DNA of 64,000 nucleotides from Botryllus schlosseri (lineage: Eukaryota): NCBI GenBank assembly GCA_051294905.1, contig CM119372.1, positions 6,696,001 through 6,760,000 of the forward strand. Direction: 5' to 3'. The first letter of the stretch is position 1. Each line of letters opens with the position of its first letter. A model generated the notes under the pieces. That model saw only the letters and a list, made by a program, of their open reading frames with translations. It was not told the DNA's origin and searched no databases. Shown here one piece after another: positions 1 to 11,360 of the stretch. The position numbers and the translations under genes are program-made.

Positions 1-228
1 TCCCATCAATATGTAGGCTACAGACCTAAATGGGATTCACGAGAATTTACAAAACTGTACCACAAAGACTAAAACGCGCGTCGGCCAGACTAGAATATAC
101 GTGACTGCCATAGTAGGAACACACTTATTGAAGAAACCTATTTTTTTTTTGTAAATACGATTCATTAACCATATTAATTTTGGTTTTGAGAAACAGCACT
201 GCGGTAAGAAAGCTGAAATTCAACCAAC

Positions 229-3200
229 CTGCGTACACGAATTTCTCGACGTCACATCAGAAGCCATATAGGCAAGTATATTTTGGTGTCGCAACATCGC
301 GGTATTGTAGATATCAGTTTCGCGTTTGAACGATTGCTCTTCACGAGAAGAAAAAATCTTGACCGCGACAATTTCTTGTTGATATTGACCAGTCCATACT
401 TCTCCATATCTGCCCTTTCCTTTACCGAAAGTGGCTGAGTGCCATTACTTGTGAGGAGCACCAATTAAGAAAAGGATCTGACCTATGCATTCAATCAAGT
501 TGATGCTCTTCGCTATTGTGGCTGGTGTGAGGAGAGGGTAGCCAGAGCCACTGCCTGATGAGCAAGCGGAGTCCATTTGCGTCCAGCTCTGTCGAGGCAA
601 TGACTACCATATGTTAATAGATAAAACACTATCATGCGACACATCATGTAATACTGGGACTGCGATACTGCCTATTGCCATCCTAAATTGAAATCAAGTC
701 TGGTGTTGCAGTCTTTATTGAAATTCCTTAAACTCGCTATTGCAGTACAGGCCTGCCATCCATAGCCATTAGTATATAGAGATCTTAACATTGACAACAT
801 GAACCAGTCTCGTTACAATTTTTATTTAGTAATGCATATAAACCATGAAAATTTCAAATGCTGTTTCAAAATATCACATTTTGCTTCGGGATAGAACTTG
901 CTCCATTGGTAGAATTCCATACCGATTTATGACCTACATCTTTAGACGAGTATATTGTACTGTTTCAATGTATTTCATATCAATTTTGTCAGAATCCAAC
1001 TCACACAAAGTACTTAGAGGCTGACCTGCGACTATATTTCAATTGAAAGACTTGGAACATAGAGTAGCTTACATTACATTAAAAAATAGTTTCCAAGAAC
1101 AGATAACTATAACTCACGAACAGCCTTTTCTTGTCATCGGCAGTGCCATGCAACCCACAGGGACATGCATCTGCTTTTTTCATACAGCGTCTCTGTAATT
1201 AATTTCGTTATAACTAAAGACGTAAAGAGTATCGAGATGCAGTGAAAAACTCTGGTTCAGAATAGCAGCGAAACAGAGAGTGCAACAGCGACGCAATGAA
1301 AATAGCCTGTATCAAAACCGTGAGTGTTATACCAAGTCATTCATAATAACCAGATAACCCCAGCCTTAAACCTATCCTAGGCATAAGCTAAGCTGACCTA
1401 ACTCGATATTGATGTTTGCATTAATATTATGACACTCTCTATTTTGAGATAGAAGGATAATTGATTTCCCCTTACGTGTTGCTTTTGCTTTTTCCAGATT
1501 CTATACACTACTACCAATATCAGCATGAAGCACAGGACACTACAAGCCACTGCTACAATTACTTTTGTATTGTCAGATGATTGACCTCCTCCTGTAAAAT
1601 AAAAACATTCAGTCCCCAAGGTCAATATGAGTTGGCAATTGGATAACATCGGCCGATCGGTGTGCAAGATTGCAAAGCAGATCAGTGTGAAGGGCCAACA
1701 ACATCAAGTTATGATCACATGGGCTTGTGAAACTTGTAGAATATGTCATGTAGGCGTAAATGTTTGTCTCCAAGCCGAATCGTATTTTTCATATGTTGAA
1801 GCAATGTCAAATTAAGTCTGACTCAGGGCAAGTCATGAGTCAAGTCAACCTAACGCTGCAACATATCATGACAATTATTTATAGGATTTCTTCAGTTCTT
1901 TCCATTGGATTGAGAGACTCAATAATCAGGATCTGATGAGTTAGAATCAGAAGAATTAGAACAACAGCATTGAAGATATATTCAAACATATGTATCCATA
2001 CGCATTCTTATTACAATAGTAAGCCTTTATATATTCCAACCAAGTTCTAATGTCCCGCCACCATTGGCAAAATACCTTACCTTTTGGAAGTGTATCCACG
2101 TTCAAATTGCACATATCACTTTGACAGCAGTCAATAGAAATCATTGTGTCTGAGTTGATTTTACACATAATAGCAGCATTGCTAGTTGCATCAAAACAAC
2201 CCTTTCCAAAGGTTATACTGTCAATTCAAAAAAAGTCGTTGAAATAATCATATCTCTGAAGCAATTGAACTATCAATAGCCTACCTTCCGTCTGGATTCT
2301 TATGACCAGAAGAATAGCAGGATTGCCGAGCAATGCAAACATCTACATTTGAACCACAATCTGTGCATGCACACCGAATTTTGATATCCACAGGAACATG
2401 CGTCTCATTAACCAACTGAAATTGAAATAACATGACAAACATAGTTAGTAAATATCGATTTAAACAGTACTGGAATGACGAATTTCCGACAATCAAAAAT
2501 TGTAAATACCTTGAAATGGGAAGTATTTTTGTTTTGAGCAAGAGAAATAAGTTGCTCTGTCACTGAAAAAAAAAACATTTCAAATATTTCAGAAACAATG
2601 AGACCAGTCTTTCCCAAAGTGGGCATCAGCGGCCCCCTGGGTGCTTAAAGAAGGGGGCGCTGAGAGTAAACGTGGACGTTATGGACTGCGTAGCCGCCGC
2701 AAAAGTATCTCTCTTTCTGAACCGAAGTCAGATTTATGAATATGTATGTGATCACGCCGTTTGCAGTCATTCCAGGTGCATTCAACCGAAAATCGTAGTG
2801 ACCGTGCAATGAGCCAAAAAACTTTTTTTCGGGAGGAGGAAGTTAAGGGGGCGCTCAAACCTCGTTCGCTGCCCAGTGGGGCGTTTGGGAAACACTGAAT
2901 TAGCCTAAACAGATGGCTAAAATATAAAATATAATTATGGAATCGCATCTTCATTGTTGAAGCAGCTCAACGTTGCAGACAGAAAAAGAAAAAGTTGCCT
3001 TCCTCCATCCTCACATGAAGTATGACTGGCCATAAAAGCAAACGATAGCACATTTTAGCGCTGCTCTACGCTTTCTCATAACAATGCCAATTTTTTACTA
3101 TGAAGGCCATTTTTGTGGGGGTTCTAAAGTGTCCTAATCATCATCATCATTAGTTTATTAGCAATTTTTATCAGTTCAATACACATTACACAACAAAATG

Positions 3201-6023
3201 CAATACAATGAAAAGATAGGAAGGTGTCGAAGCGACTTGAAGTAGTCTATGGAATCAAACACCCACCTTGGCCTATGCCAGAGGTCTCAATCACGCGGCC
3301 CGCGAGACCATTTTGTGCGGCCCGCTACAGTATTTTGGATTTCGAAATATTCGACAATATTTAACTGCCAAATATATTTTTTTATATTTGAAAACTGGAA
3401 AGTCGCCCCAAAACGATTCCAGAAGCCTGAAACTACCAATCAAACTTCACTAATATATCACTTTCAAAAGTTACCACGAAGTGGGCGATCAATGAATACT
3501 TCTGCGATTGGACATATCTAGTGCTACGGCACAGTCATATTCAAGTTGTTACTGATCTGTTCCAATATTCGAAGGTAAATCTAACGCTGATTTAATTTGA
3601 CTTAGGTAATGACATGATCAATAGCCTTGTTATCAGGAGTATACCCGAAACCCGGATTAGGCTGAACTGCTACAATGCGCTGATATCAGATCAATCTTTG
3701 TAAAATTCTAAAATATTCTACCTATAATTGTGACACGTCAAATGTCCGTTGGCCGCAAAATTTTAACGCAACAGCTTTTATTACGTCCTGATGCATTTGT
3801 ACTTTCGCATGGTGTCTACGACTACTTATACAGCAACTATGCCAAGTACATCAACAATTTTATTCAAATGTTTTAAAATGTGATTTTTTTGTGCCAGGCG
3901 TGAATTCACAATAGTAAATCACATTTTCAAGATGCGTGTGGGCTGTCAGTCTGCAAGGCCCTGTCATCAAATAAGGCCTACTCAGAAATACATTGGATAC
4001 CCCTATTATTGGTGCTGTGGCCCATGTGGGCAATTGGCCCGCAAGCACATTTAGGTTTGAGACCTCTGGCCTAGGCGATGTAAAGAGGAGGCATGCACAC
4101 CAGACTTGGACAACTAGATAATTCTAGTTGTCTAATTTCACTGAATTAGAGCAAAATGACAGTAATCTATTCTAATCGAATTTGTGAAATGTTTCTATGC
4201 TCTAATTCTAATCTAATTTTTGAAACGTTTCTACACTATAATTTTAGTTCTAATCCAATTCATTTCTGAAAATGCGTCTTTGTCCGCGGCATTTTGCAGC
4301 GAGTTAACAAGAATATCCATCTCGCGCAAGAAAATCCAGTGCATCGCTGACATCGCATTATTTACACTATACAGTGTACAAGTACAATCATAGTAGTTAT
4401 AAGTGTGACGAATAATGGCCATGCTGGCATAGTAGCTTGTAGCCTGCAAACAAAATTTTAGTTTCGATCACAAACAGCACAGCAGTGAAGAAAGGGAGAT
4501 AGTTAACATAGGGTTGTTCACTTCCATGCCCTCAACTACATCAAGAAAAAAGATGAATGCTTCAGATTCAATTAAAATCATACAAGAGGTTTGGTTAAGC
4601 GTTTAAGTTGAGCACCGAGCACCACTGACTATAGTCTTTAGAACAGAGATGGATACTTTGCTATTATATTGCTTTCTTACTTTAACGAAAATGTACGCTG
4701 TAAGCTTTAATCACTTTGTTTGCGGTCGATTTATTTGTGATGAGATAATGGAGGTTCAGTAAAACAGGAAATCATGGAATGAATGAAATTGGTCGCTCTC
4801 ACAGGTCACACCAGCGTATCGAGAACAATCCGAACATATGAAAGATACAGCAATTGTTATCGACACAAATTACTTGATGACTTCAAATTGAGTCGTAAAC
4901 TTTGCTCCGAGTCACTAGTCAAAATGCATTTTTGAAACGCCGAGTGACGTGAAGTCTGTTTTTCAGACTCGAGTCAATTCAAGTCATACGAGAAAGGTGA
5001 CTCGAGTCGAGTCATGACTCGGGTCATCCCAACGTTAACTATTCTCACACGTATGGAAATCCACTGTAATTTGATGTGACCTGAAGTCCTGAACTTGATT
5101 TTTGCTGTATTCATTTCTCATTCACAATCCCATTTAATTTCCAAGTTTTTGTGAATTCAGTAGTTTTAATTCTAATTTTAATCTAATTTGGAAAAATCTG
5201 TGGAACTCTAGTTCTAATTCTAATCTAATTTGGAAAATTTGTGTAGCTCTAATTTTGATTCTAATCTAATTTGGAAAAGCTGGAAATTTACTAGTTGACC
5301 AAGTCAGATGCACACTGAATGAAAAGTGAAGGCAGATAGTATAGAAAAAAGCAAACGACAAAAAATGGTGTGGCATGTCATGGAAGGCGAGATCGATAGG
5401 TAAGGTCGTGATCAGGTAATCTTGAGGATGGACTAGTATTTAGTTAGTAGTAATTGCTTGTATTTCGACTTGAATGTGGACATGCTCGTCCTGACCGACC
5501 CGATAATTTATATTTCCGAATCCTCCTTTTAGCCAGACTGTAATCACTGGTTGTTTTCAGCAATAAGTTGCGCGTGACAGAAAGGTTTCTTCCATAGAAT
5601 AATTAAGGAATTAAATGGAAAGTTCCGCGTGACATTTGCCACCAATTCCACTCTGGACTTTTAGGGCTACCCCGACGGCCCGACCCGATAGTATCTTTTG
5701 ACCAAGAATGGCTTCATAAAGCTGCACTACAGTATTAGGCTGATACAACAATATACTATTAGCAGTGCTGCTAATGGGCTACAACAACTTTAGCTACAGG
5801 ATTTCCATAAAATTGTTCGAAATACAAATACAGGCTTTTACCTCTTGATGAATTCAAATCAGGATACCCGATTTCATTAAGCACTTCCGTTTCATTCCCT
5901 GCAACAAAATACATGTTTTAAAACAAAGTTCTGTTGGAGAAATCAACCTATATATGTTTATATACCATATACGACTGCGATGAGTACTCCAAGTACAGTC
6001 CACAGAACCGCGCGTGTTTTCAT
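229..6023 (-). CDS. ACVR1: BMP/activin type I receptor Ser/Thr kinase, ALK1/2 (ACVR1/saxophone) class; 3' part lies outside the window
   Basis: Phase-checked GT-AG exons: 6023-5966 (signal peptide [19 protein letters not shown]), 5898-5842, 2562-2510, 2415-2285, 2217-2081 (cysteine box CCQSDMCN), 1591-1476 ([22 protein letters not shown]), 588-483 (GS box SSGSGSGYP), 419-229 (GKGRYGEVW...[10 protein letters not shown]...LRHQNIL). The L45 loop [11 protein letters not shown] is the ALK1/2 type. Juxtamembrane exon(s) between 1475 and 589 are unresolved. Confidence 0.93.
2605..2897. mobile_element. Non-autonomous hAT-type MITE
   Basis: TIRs cagtctttcccaaa / tttgggaaacactg; degenerate 8-bp flanks aatgagac / aattagcc. 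Confidence 0.7.
3279..4068. mobile_element. Non-autonomous hAT (Charlie-like) element
   Basis: TIRs cagaggtctcaa / ttgagacctctg; 8-bp TSD gcctatgc / gcctaggc; gcggcccgc subterminal motifs. Confidence 0.85.
4101..5307. mobile_element. Non-autonomous hAT element, family B (ctaattctaatctaattt arrays)
   Basis: TIRs cagacttggacaactag / ctagttgaccaagtcag; perfect 8-bp TSD atgcacac at 4093-4100 and 5308-5315. Other copies at 12364-14077, 35870-36291 and a degenerate one at ~49531-49716. Confidence 0.88.
4570..5035 (+). mobile_element. 5'-truncated copy of hAT family A inside the family B element
   Basis: Colinear with the right half of 9287-10102 and 47947-48900; ends gactcgggtcatcccaac. Confidence 0.8.
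5405..5690 (-). mobile_element. Fossil LINE (L2/CR1-group) 3' fragment
   Basis: Minus strand reads ...PFCHAQL...[14 protein letters not shown] with stops, resembling the C-terminal motif of L2/CR1-group ORF2. Shares sequence with 6777-6815 and 19038-19159. Confidence 0.6.
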
Positions 6024-6200
6024 ATTTCTGCGCTACCGCACGGAAAAACTCGGACGACAATATCCAGGGGCGTTGCGTATAACTATAAATTAAATAACTA
6101 CGTAGTGCAACAATCTACAATATACGCATTGGGCATTGGATAAAGTTAGTTACGCTTGCTGACAGACTACAGACGACACGACACACTCGATGAGCAAGGT
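6024..6200. promoter_or_regulatory. Putative bidirectional promoter between the ACVR1-like gene and KLHL12
   Basis: The receptor ATG (6023, minus) and a candidate KLHL12 5'UTR exon (donor gtgagc at 6539) diverge from this interval. Two ATTGG (reverse CCAAT) boxes at 6128 and 6135. No transcript data. Confidence 0.4.
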
Positions 6201-6654
6201 TCTTTCAAAATGACGACGGCACCAATAGTATCACGTCTCAGAACTCAACTCGAAGCGACCACCACTGGACGGAGATTACGGAACGACAAAAATGATTATT
6301 TCGAGACTGATTTTGGGGGATTCCAGGATTAGCAAAATAAGATTTATACTTTCATAATCAATACAGTGGCAGCTTGCGATTTATTACCGTCATATTGAAT
6401 TCAGCGCTCGGCAAGCCGATAAAAAATTACCGTTGGCTAAATGGAAAGTTTGTCTATAGAAATGAAACATGGAACGGCAACGACCGATTTTGCAGCTTCG
6501 TTCCGCTTCGCTGAGGCTGGAGTGGAGAATTGTTTTGGGTGAGCGACTGTAGGATTTCTGATAATCCAAAAGCTATCTTCCCGAGCGCAGAAATTATTGA
6601 ATCCGGTCTTGATCGAACGCTACTGTTGCACCGATTCCGAAAATATAAATTAAA

Positions 6655-7295
6655 ATAATGATCAGGTACTGATCCACCTAGAATCTGTCCTCCAAGTCTG
6701 AAATATCGGCATCGTTCAGAACAAACGGGTAGCCGCAACACAATGGCCATAACAATGACCCGTTGCGACTCCCCCCAATTGCTTGTATTTCAACTTGAAT
6801 GAGGACATGCTCGTCGACTGTCGGATGGCCGGTGGGATCTTGTGGTGTTTTGATTTGATAAAATTTCAATAAACGATGATTATTAGGATTGAGGAAGCAT
6901 GGACAGATTGGCAACAGCAATAATAGGGTTATCTGCAACTGCAATAATATAGTCGGGTGCATTCGAGCCATTTATTACATTAGGGTAACTAGTTGTTGAA
7001 TGGCCAATTCGCTGCAGGTGCATAGCATAGATTGCTCCTTCAAGGTTAAGATAACAATCAATGTAAAGTATCGATATTTTCAACTTCGAAGTATAGGGCT
7101 GTAGCTCGTGTCGGTTCATTGCAATAGCGTAAATATTCGGCCTCACTTTTGTTTGGTATCCTACAGGTACGCCTATTATGATTAGATGACAGATCCCAAT
7201 CCATTGGGAATGCAAGATTTTTTGATTGAAGGATCGATTTGAGTGATATAATGAGGGGAGTGCCTGCTGTTTGGGAGAAAGACTTATACAAGTTT
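6655..7295 (-). mobile_element. Fossil LINE (L2/CR1-group) ORF2 3' end
   Basis: Degenerate translations ...PMDWDLSSNHNRRTCRIPNK...PTRATALYF... and KIPPAIRQSTSMSSFKLKYKQL match the pattern WNSLP.EIR.S.SL.SFK.KLK at the end of L2/CR1-group ORF2. Multiple stops and frameshifts. Confidence 0.6.
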
Positions 7296-7461
7296 AAGTT
7301 TTCATTTTATAGCAATCTTGTACCGGATTTCAAAGGATGAACTGAACATGACTGAACTGGCACTGAACTTGACTGGTATAGTCTGAGAATAAATGAAATC
7401 TTCATCCACTTCTTTCAAACCTTTGTTTTTCTGCTGACAGAAATATTCAAATAGTGGGATC

Positions 7462-9186
7462 ATGCTACCTAACGAACCTGACATGAGTCAGGACTTTGTG
7501 TTAGTAAATGGTCATGCCAGCATGATGCTATCATCCATGAACGAATTGCGATCAACAAAAACCTTGTGCGATGTAATTATCAAATGCGAAGGGGTAGAGC
7601 ATCCGGCACATCGTGTGGTTCTAGCCGCATCTTCTGCGTATTTTACAGCAATGTTCACTTCGGAAATGAAGGAGAAGCAGCAAACGGTCATAGAGATTAA
7701 AGAGATCATGTCGTCAACAATTGCCACCTTGCTAGATTTTATTTACACTGAATCGGTGTTGGTAGGCACTACAAATGTGCAAGACCTTCTTCCAGCAGCT
7801 TGTTTACTTCAACTAAAGGGAGTGGAAGATGCCTGTTGCGAGTTCTTAAGCGGGCAGCTAGATCCCATCAACTGTCTGAGTATTAAGCAGTTTGCCAATA
7901 CTCATCTGTGTATGGAGTTAGCTGCGAAAGCAGAAGAATTCACTTTGAGACATTTCAATGCGATAGTTGCACATGAAGAATTTTTAGATCTCGAAGAAAA
8001 AGATGTTATAGACCTTATAAAATCATCAGAAATCGAGGTGACATCAGAGGAGGATGTATACAATGCCTTGATGAGTTGGATTATGCGCAGCAAAGAGGAT
8101 AGAAGCCCGAAGCTTCCACGATTATTGGAGTATGTAAGGCTTCCACTATTATCTGCTCAATTTATTACAGACGTTGTAGATGAACAGATTTTGATCAAGT
8201 CAAGCTTGAGATGCCGTGATCTCCTGGATGAGGCCAAAAAATTTCATTTACGTCCCGAGCTGCGTGCAGATATGCAGAAAGACAGAAACCAACCGCGATT
8301 TGGGTCATCGGAGATTCTAGTTGTGTTGGGTGGGTTTGGTGTTGAGCAAACTCCCATCTCCAGTGTTGAGACGTATGATCCAAAAACTGGTAATTGGGGA
8401 GAAATGGTACCCTTCACCAAAAGGAGAAGATACATATCAGCTGTAGCCGTTGATAATCGAATATACGTCATTGGTGGCTACGATACACACACCAGATTGA
8501 ACACTGTTGAGTGTTTGGATTTTTCACTGAACAATGATGGCATATGGTATTCAGTGTCTCCAATGCATATGAAAAGGGGTTTGGCCGGCGCTACAGTTCT
8601 TGGAAAAATGATATATGTGGCTGGTGGTTTTGATGGCACCTCGAGGCATTGCTGTGCCGAAAGGTATGATCCTCGGATAGATGAATGGACTTTATTGCCA
8701 GACATGGTCAGTGGCAGAGAAGGTGCGGGAGTGGTGTCAGCGATCGATTGCATATATTGTATAGGAGGGTACGATGGCATGAACATACTCAACTCAGTTG
8801 AAAAGTTTAATCCCAAACTTGCTGCTTGGACCACAGTCGCACAGATGTCTACTAGACGCTCTGGGGCTGGGGCTGCATTTTTAAATCACGTTGTCTATGT
8901 TATCGGAGGCTTTGATGGAAATTCACACTTGGACACTACCGAGTCTTACAATGTGTACACGGATTCGTGGACTGTGATGCGTAACATGACTGTGCCACGC
9001 TGTTATGTGAACGCGTGTATACTGAGAGGCAAGTTGCACGCAGTAGCTGGATATGATGGGGAATCCTTGCTAAATTCTGTGGAACAATATGATCCAGCAT
9101 CAGATACATGGAAACAAATATCTCAGATGTACGCAAACAGATGTGATGCAGGTGTCGCAATAGTAAAGAGGGAGGGATGGGTATAA
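7462..9186 (+). CDS. KLHL12: Kelch-like protein 12 (BTB-BACK-6 Kelch; CUL3 adaptor); CDS is a single exon
   Basis: 574-aa ORF. Long stretches match human KLHL12 as I recall it (LCDV..PAHR.VLAA, DLLPAACLLQLKGV, RDL.DEAKKFHLRPELR, GLAGAT.LG, REGAG, RRSGAG, PRCYV, RCDAGV). Polypyrimidine/CAG acceptor at 7440, 21 nt before the ATG. Confidence 0.96.
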   Translation: MLPNEPDMSQDFVLVNGHASMMLSSMNELRSTKTLCDVIIKCEGVEHPAHRVVLAASSAYFTAMFTSEMKEKQQTVIEIKEIMSSTIATLLDFIYTESVLVGTTNVQDLLPAACLLQLKGVEDACCEFLSGQLDPINCLSIKQFANTHLCMELAAKAEEFTLRHFNAIVAHEEFLDLEEKDVIDLIKSSEIEVTSEEDVYNALMSWIMRSKEDRSPKLPRLLEYVRLPLLSAQFITDVVDEQILIKSSLRCRDLLDEAKKFHLRPELRADMQKDRNQPRFGSSEILVVLGGFGVEQTPISSVETYDPKTGNWGEMVPFTKRRRYISAVAVDNRIYVIGGYDTHTRLNTVECLDFSLNNDGIWYSVSPMHMKRGLAGATVLGKMIYVAGGFDGTSRHCCAERYDPRIDEWTLLPDMVSGREGAGVVSAIDCIYCIGGYDGMNILNSVEKFNPKLAAWTTVAQMSTRRSGAGAAFLNHVVYVIGGFDGNSHLDTTESYNVYTDSWTVMRNMTVPRCYVNACILRGKLHAVAGYDGESLLNSVEQYDPASDTWKQISQMYANRCDAGVAIVKREGWV

Positions 9187-9286
9187 TAACCGCGGTGTCT
9201 TGGTTCAATAGTAATGGTCTTTACGTCACCGCATTTTTCAATATTTTTGTGCGCCTTTAATTTCCCATTTGTTCGCGTCCTTGTGC

Positions 9287-10102
9287 CAGTGTTGGGATCA
9301 AGTCACTGCCTTCGAGTCATTTCAAGTGATTGCACATTTTGACTCGAGTCAAGTCAATCGGTTTTCGAAGGTGACTCGAGTCAAGTCACTCGATTTTTAG
9401 AGGTGACTCGAGTCAAGTCACAATTCAAGTCAAGTTGCCTTTTCGAGGTATGAAGCTTGATTATGTTATTGCATTTTTCTAGCAGTCTGTAGTACAGATT
9501 TAGTGGTCATTGATTCTGAACCGATGAATGAATATAGAGTTGAATATACATGCAAAAAGACGCTGTATTGCTCACGTATACGCAGAACTGCCAGCCAAAA
9601 TAGAAAATAAAGAAACAAATTGATAGGATGCAATACATTATCCATTTATACATATTGATATGATACAATTCGGGTCTGCCCCAATCGTTGAGGAGCATAT
9701 AAACTATATTCAATTTCAATAAAGCAAGAAGTTTGGTTAAGGTAAGAACTGAAAGCAGAAATATATATTTTGCTATTAAATTACTTTACTACTAGTTTAC
9801 GACAACGTAAGCTGTAAGCTTCGATCACTTCGTTTGTGGTCAATTTATTCGTGAGATAACAATGGAGGCCCATTAAAACGCACGAACATTGAATGATTGG
9901 TCGCTCTCATGGGTTGCACCAGCGCTTCGCGAACAATGCAAGATACAGTGGTTTTAATCGACACCGATTACTTGATGACTCTAAATTGACTCGTGAATTT
10001 TGCTCCGAGTCACGAGTCAATCCACTTTTTGGATATGCCAAGTCAAGTCATTTTAGCAAAGTGACTCATACAAAAAAGGTGACTCGAGTCATCCCAACAC
10101 CG
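9287..10102 (+). mobile_element. Non-autonomous hAT element, family A (TGACTCGAGTCA arrays)
   Basis: TIRs cagtgttgggat / atcccaacaccg; perfect 8-bp TSD ccttgtgc at 9279-9286 and 10103-10110; 100 bp after the KLHL12 stop. Confidence 0.92.
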
Positions 10103-11242
10103 CCTTGTGCCTTCCAGATCTATAACTATACAAGTCGTACCTCACGCATGCACAACACAATTATGTTGATATTCAATCAACAGAGAATGCTTGTTTGAAT
10201 GGGTCTCATTAATTTCCGATCCTAGGTAAAAAGTGATTTTCATCTGTAGCCAATATCCTGATTCATTTCTTGTGTACTCTTGCACTTCACCTGGATTATC
10301 AAAATAGATGTGTCACCCTTTTACTGTGCCGGACAGTCTCTTAGGCTAAATCAAATCGGAAAGAATTGAGTCACCAGTGAATGGTTTTATTGAAATAATA
10401 AAGCAAAATAGCTACAAGAGAAATATGGCAAAGCAACACGTGGCAGTTGCATTGTTGGACATCCAGTATAAAATAGTAATAACTTATGTTCATAGGAAGA
10501 TTTTTACAACTATATTGTATGCATCGTCATGTATACTGTCGGGCTGGGTTAGCATGGAGCCGAATGAATTGCGTGCACTGGCACCGCAGACACGTAACTT
10601 ATATCAGAGTTGTCTGAACGAATTGAATTTTCTTTGGTTCATGCAAGAACACACGGGTCAATTGTCAAATTTGCATCAGGGAAAGGGATCATCTGTAGTC
10701 ATATCTGCCGCACCTTTGTCAAAAACTCATCAATATGCCTGTGGATATGTTTGGCCTATCTGCACACTTTCACCACCAGAGGCAAACACAGAAGAATATT
10801 TGAATGCGCATGCACAAATTAAAAACCATCACAATAGTAAAACACAATGACTTCGGGCCGCCTGACACAGTGATCACATTACCGAATTCGCATCTGTGAG
10901 GGGCGAGGTTTCAGACCAAGACCGAATCCATTCAATGGTACGCAAGGTCAGACAGACGACTTTTACTGCGACCATCTCAATTTTACTGTTATGTTAGTAA
11001 GATCTTCGTCGATTTTTCACTAATAATAACATTGCAATTTTCTGTTATGTTCAAATCCAAGTGATTATAACAAACTAACAATAGTCAGGCAGGTTCAAAC
11101 AACATATTGGTGTGCACACTGCACATACTACATACAGTACACACTCTTGCATCATCTACATTGTCACATGCATCAACTGAAGAACATCTATTCCGTGTAA
11201 ATGCAGCGTCTGCTTCAGATGAAGTGATAAAAGGTATGACTG

Positions 11243-11360
11243 CAGGGCTGGGGAGTCATGAATTCCATTTCAATTTTCTCACATAAATTTTATAACACGT
11301 TTTGGAGTCGAGTTTGGAAAACGCATACTGGTGGCAAAGTGAACCGACTCCACAGCCCTG
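11243..11360. mobile_element. 118-bp deletion derivative of the family G (CCGACT-armed) element
   Basis: Ends cagggctggggagtc / gactccacagccctg are nearly identical to the termini of 23905-25984. Confidence 0.75.

Noticed and set aside
2408-2626. ORF starting MPTLGKTG as the receptor N-terminus
   Set aside because: The ATG lies in the TIR of the 2605-2897 MITE; a proper signal-peptide exon exists at 6023-5966.
5533-5656. ~120-bp motif shared with 19038-19159, both near the 5' ends of minus-strand genes, as a common cis-regulatory module
   Set aside because: Both translate to degenerate LINE ORF2 C-terminal sequence, and a third related fragment lies at 6655-7295. Fossil retrotransposon is the simpler explanation; later co-option is not excluded.
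10377-10850. 157-aa + strand ORF
   Set aside because: It has a non-ATG start in the track and no recognisable motif, and it overlaps a probable minus-strand 3'UTR (AATAAA at 10391-10386).
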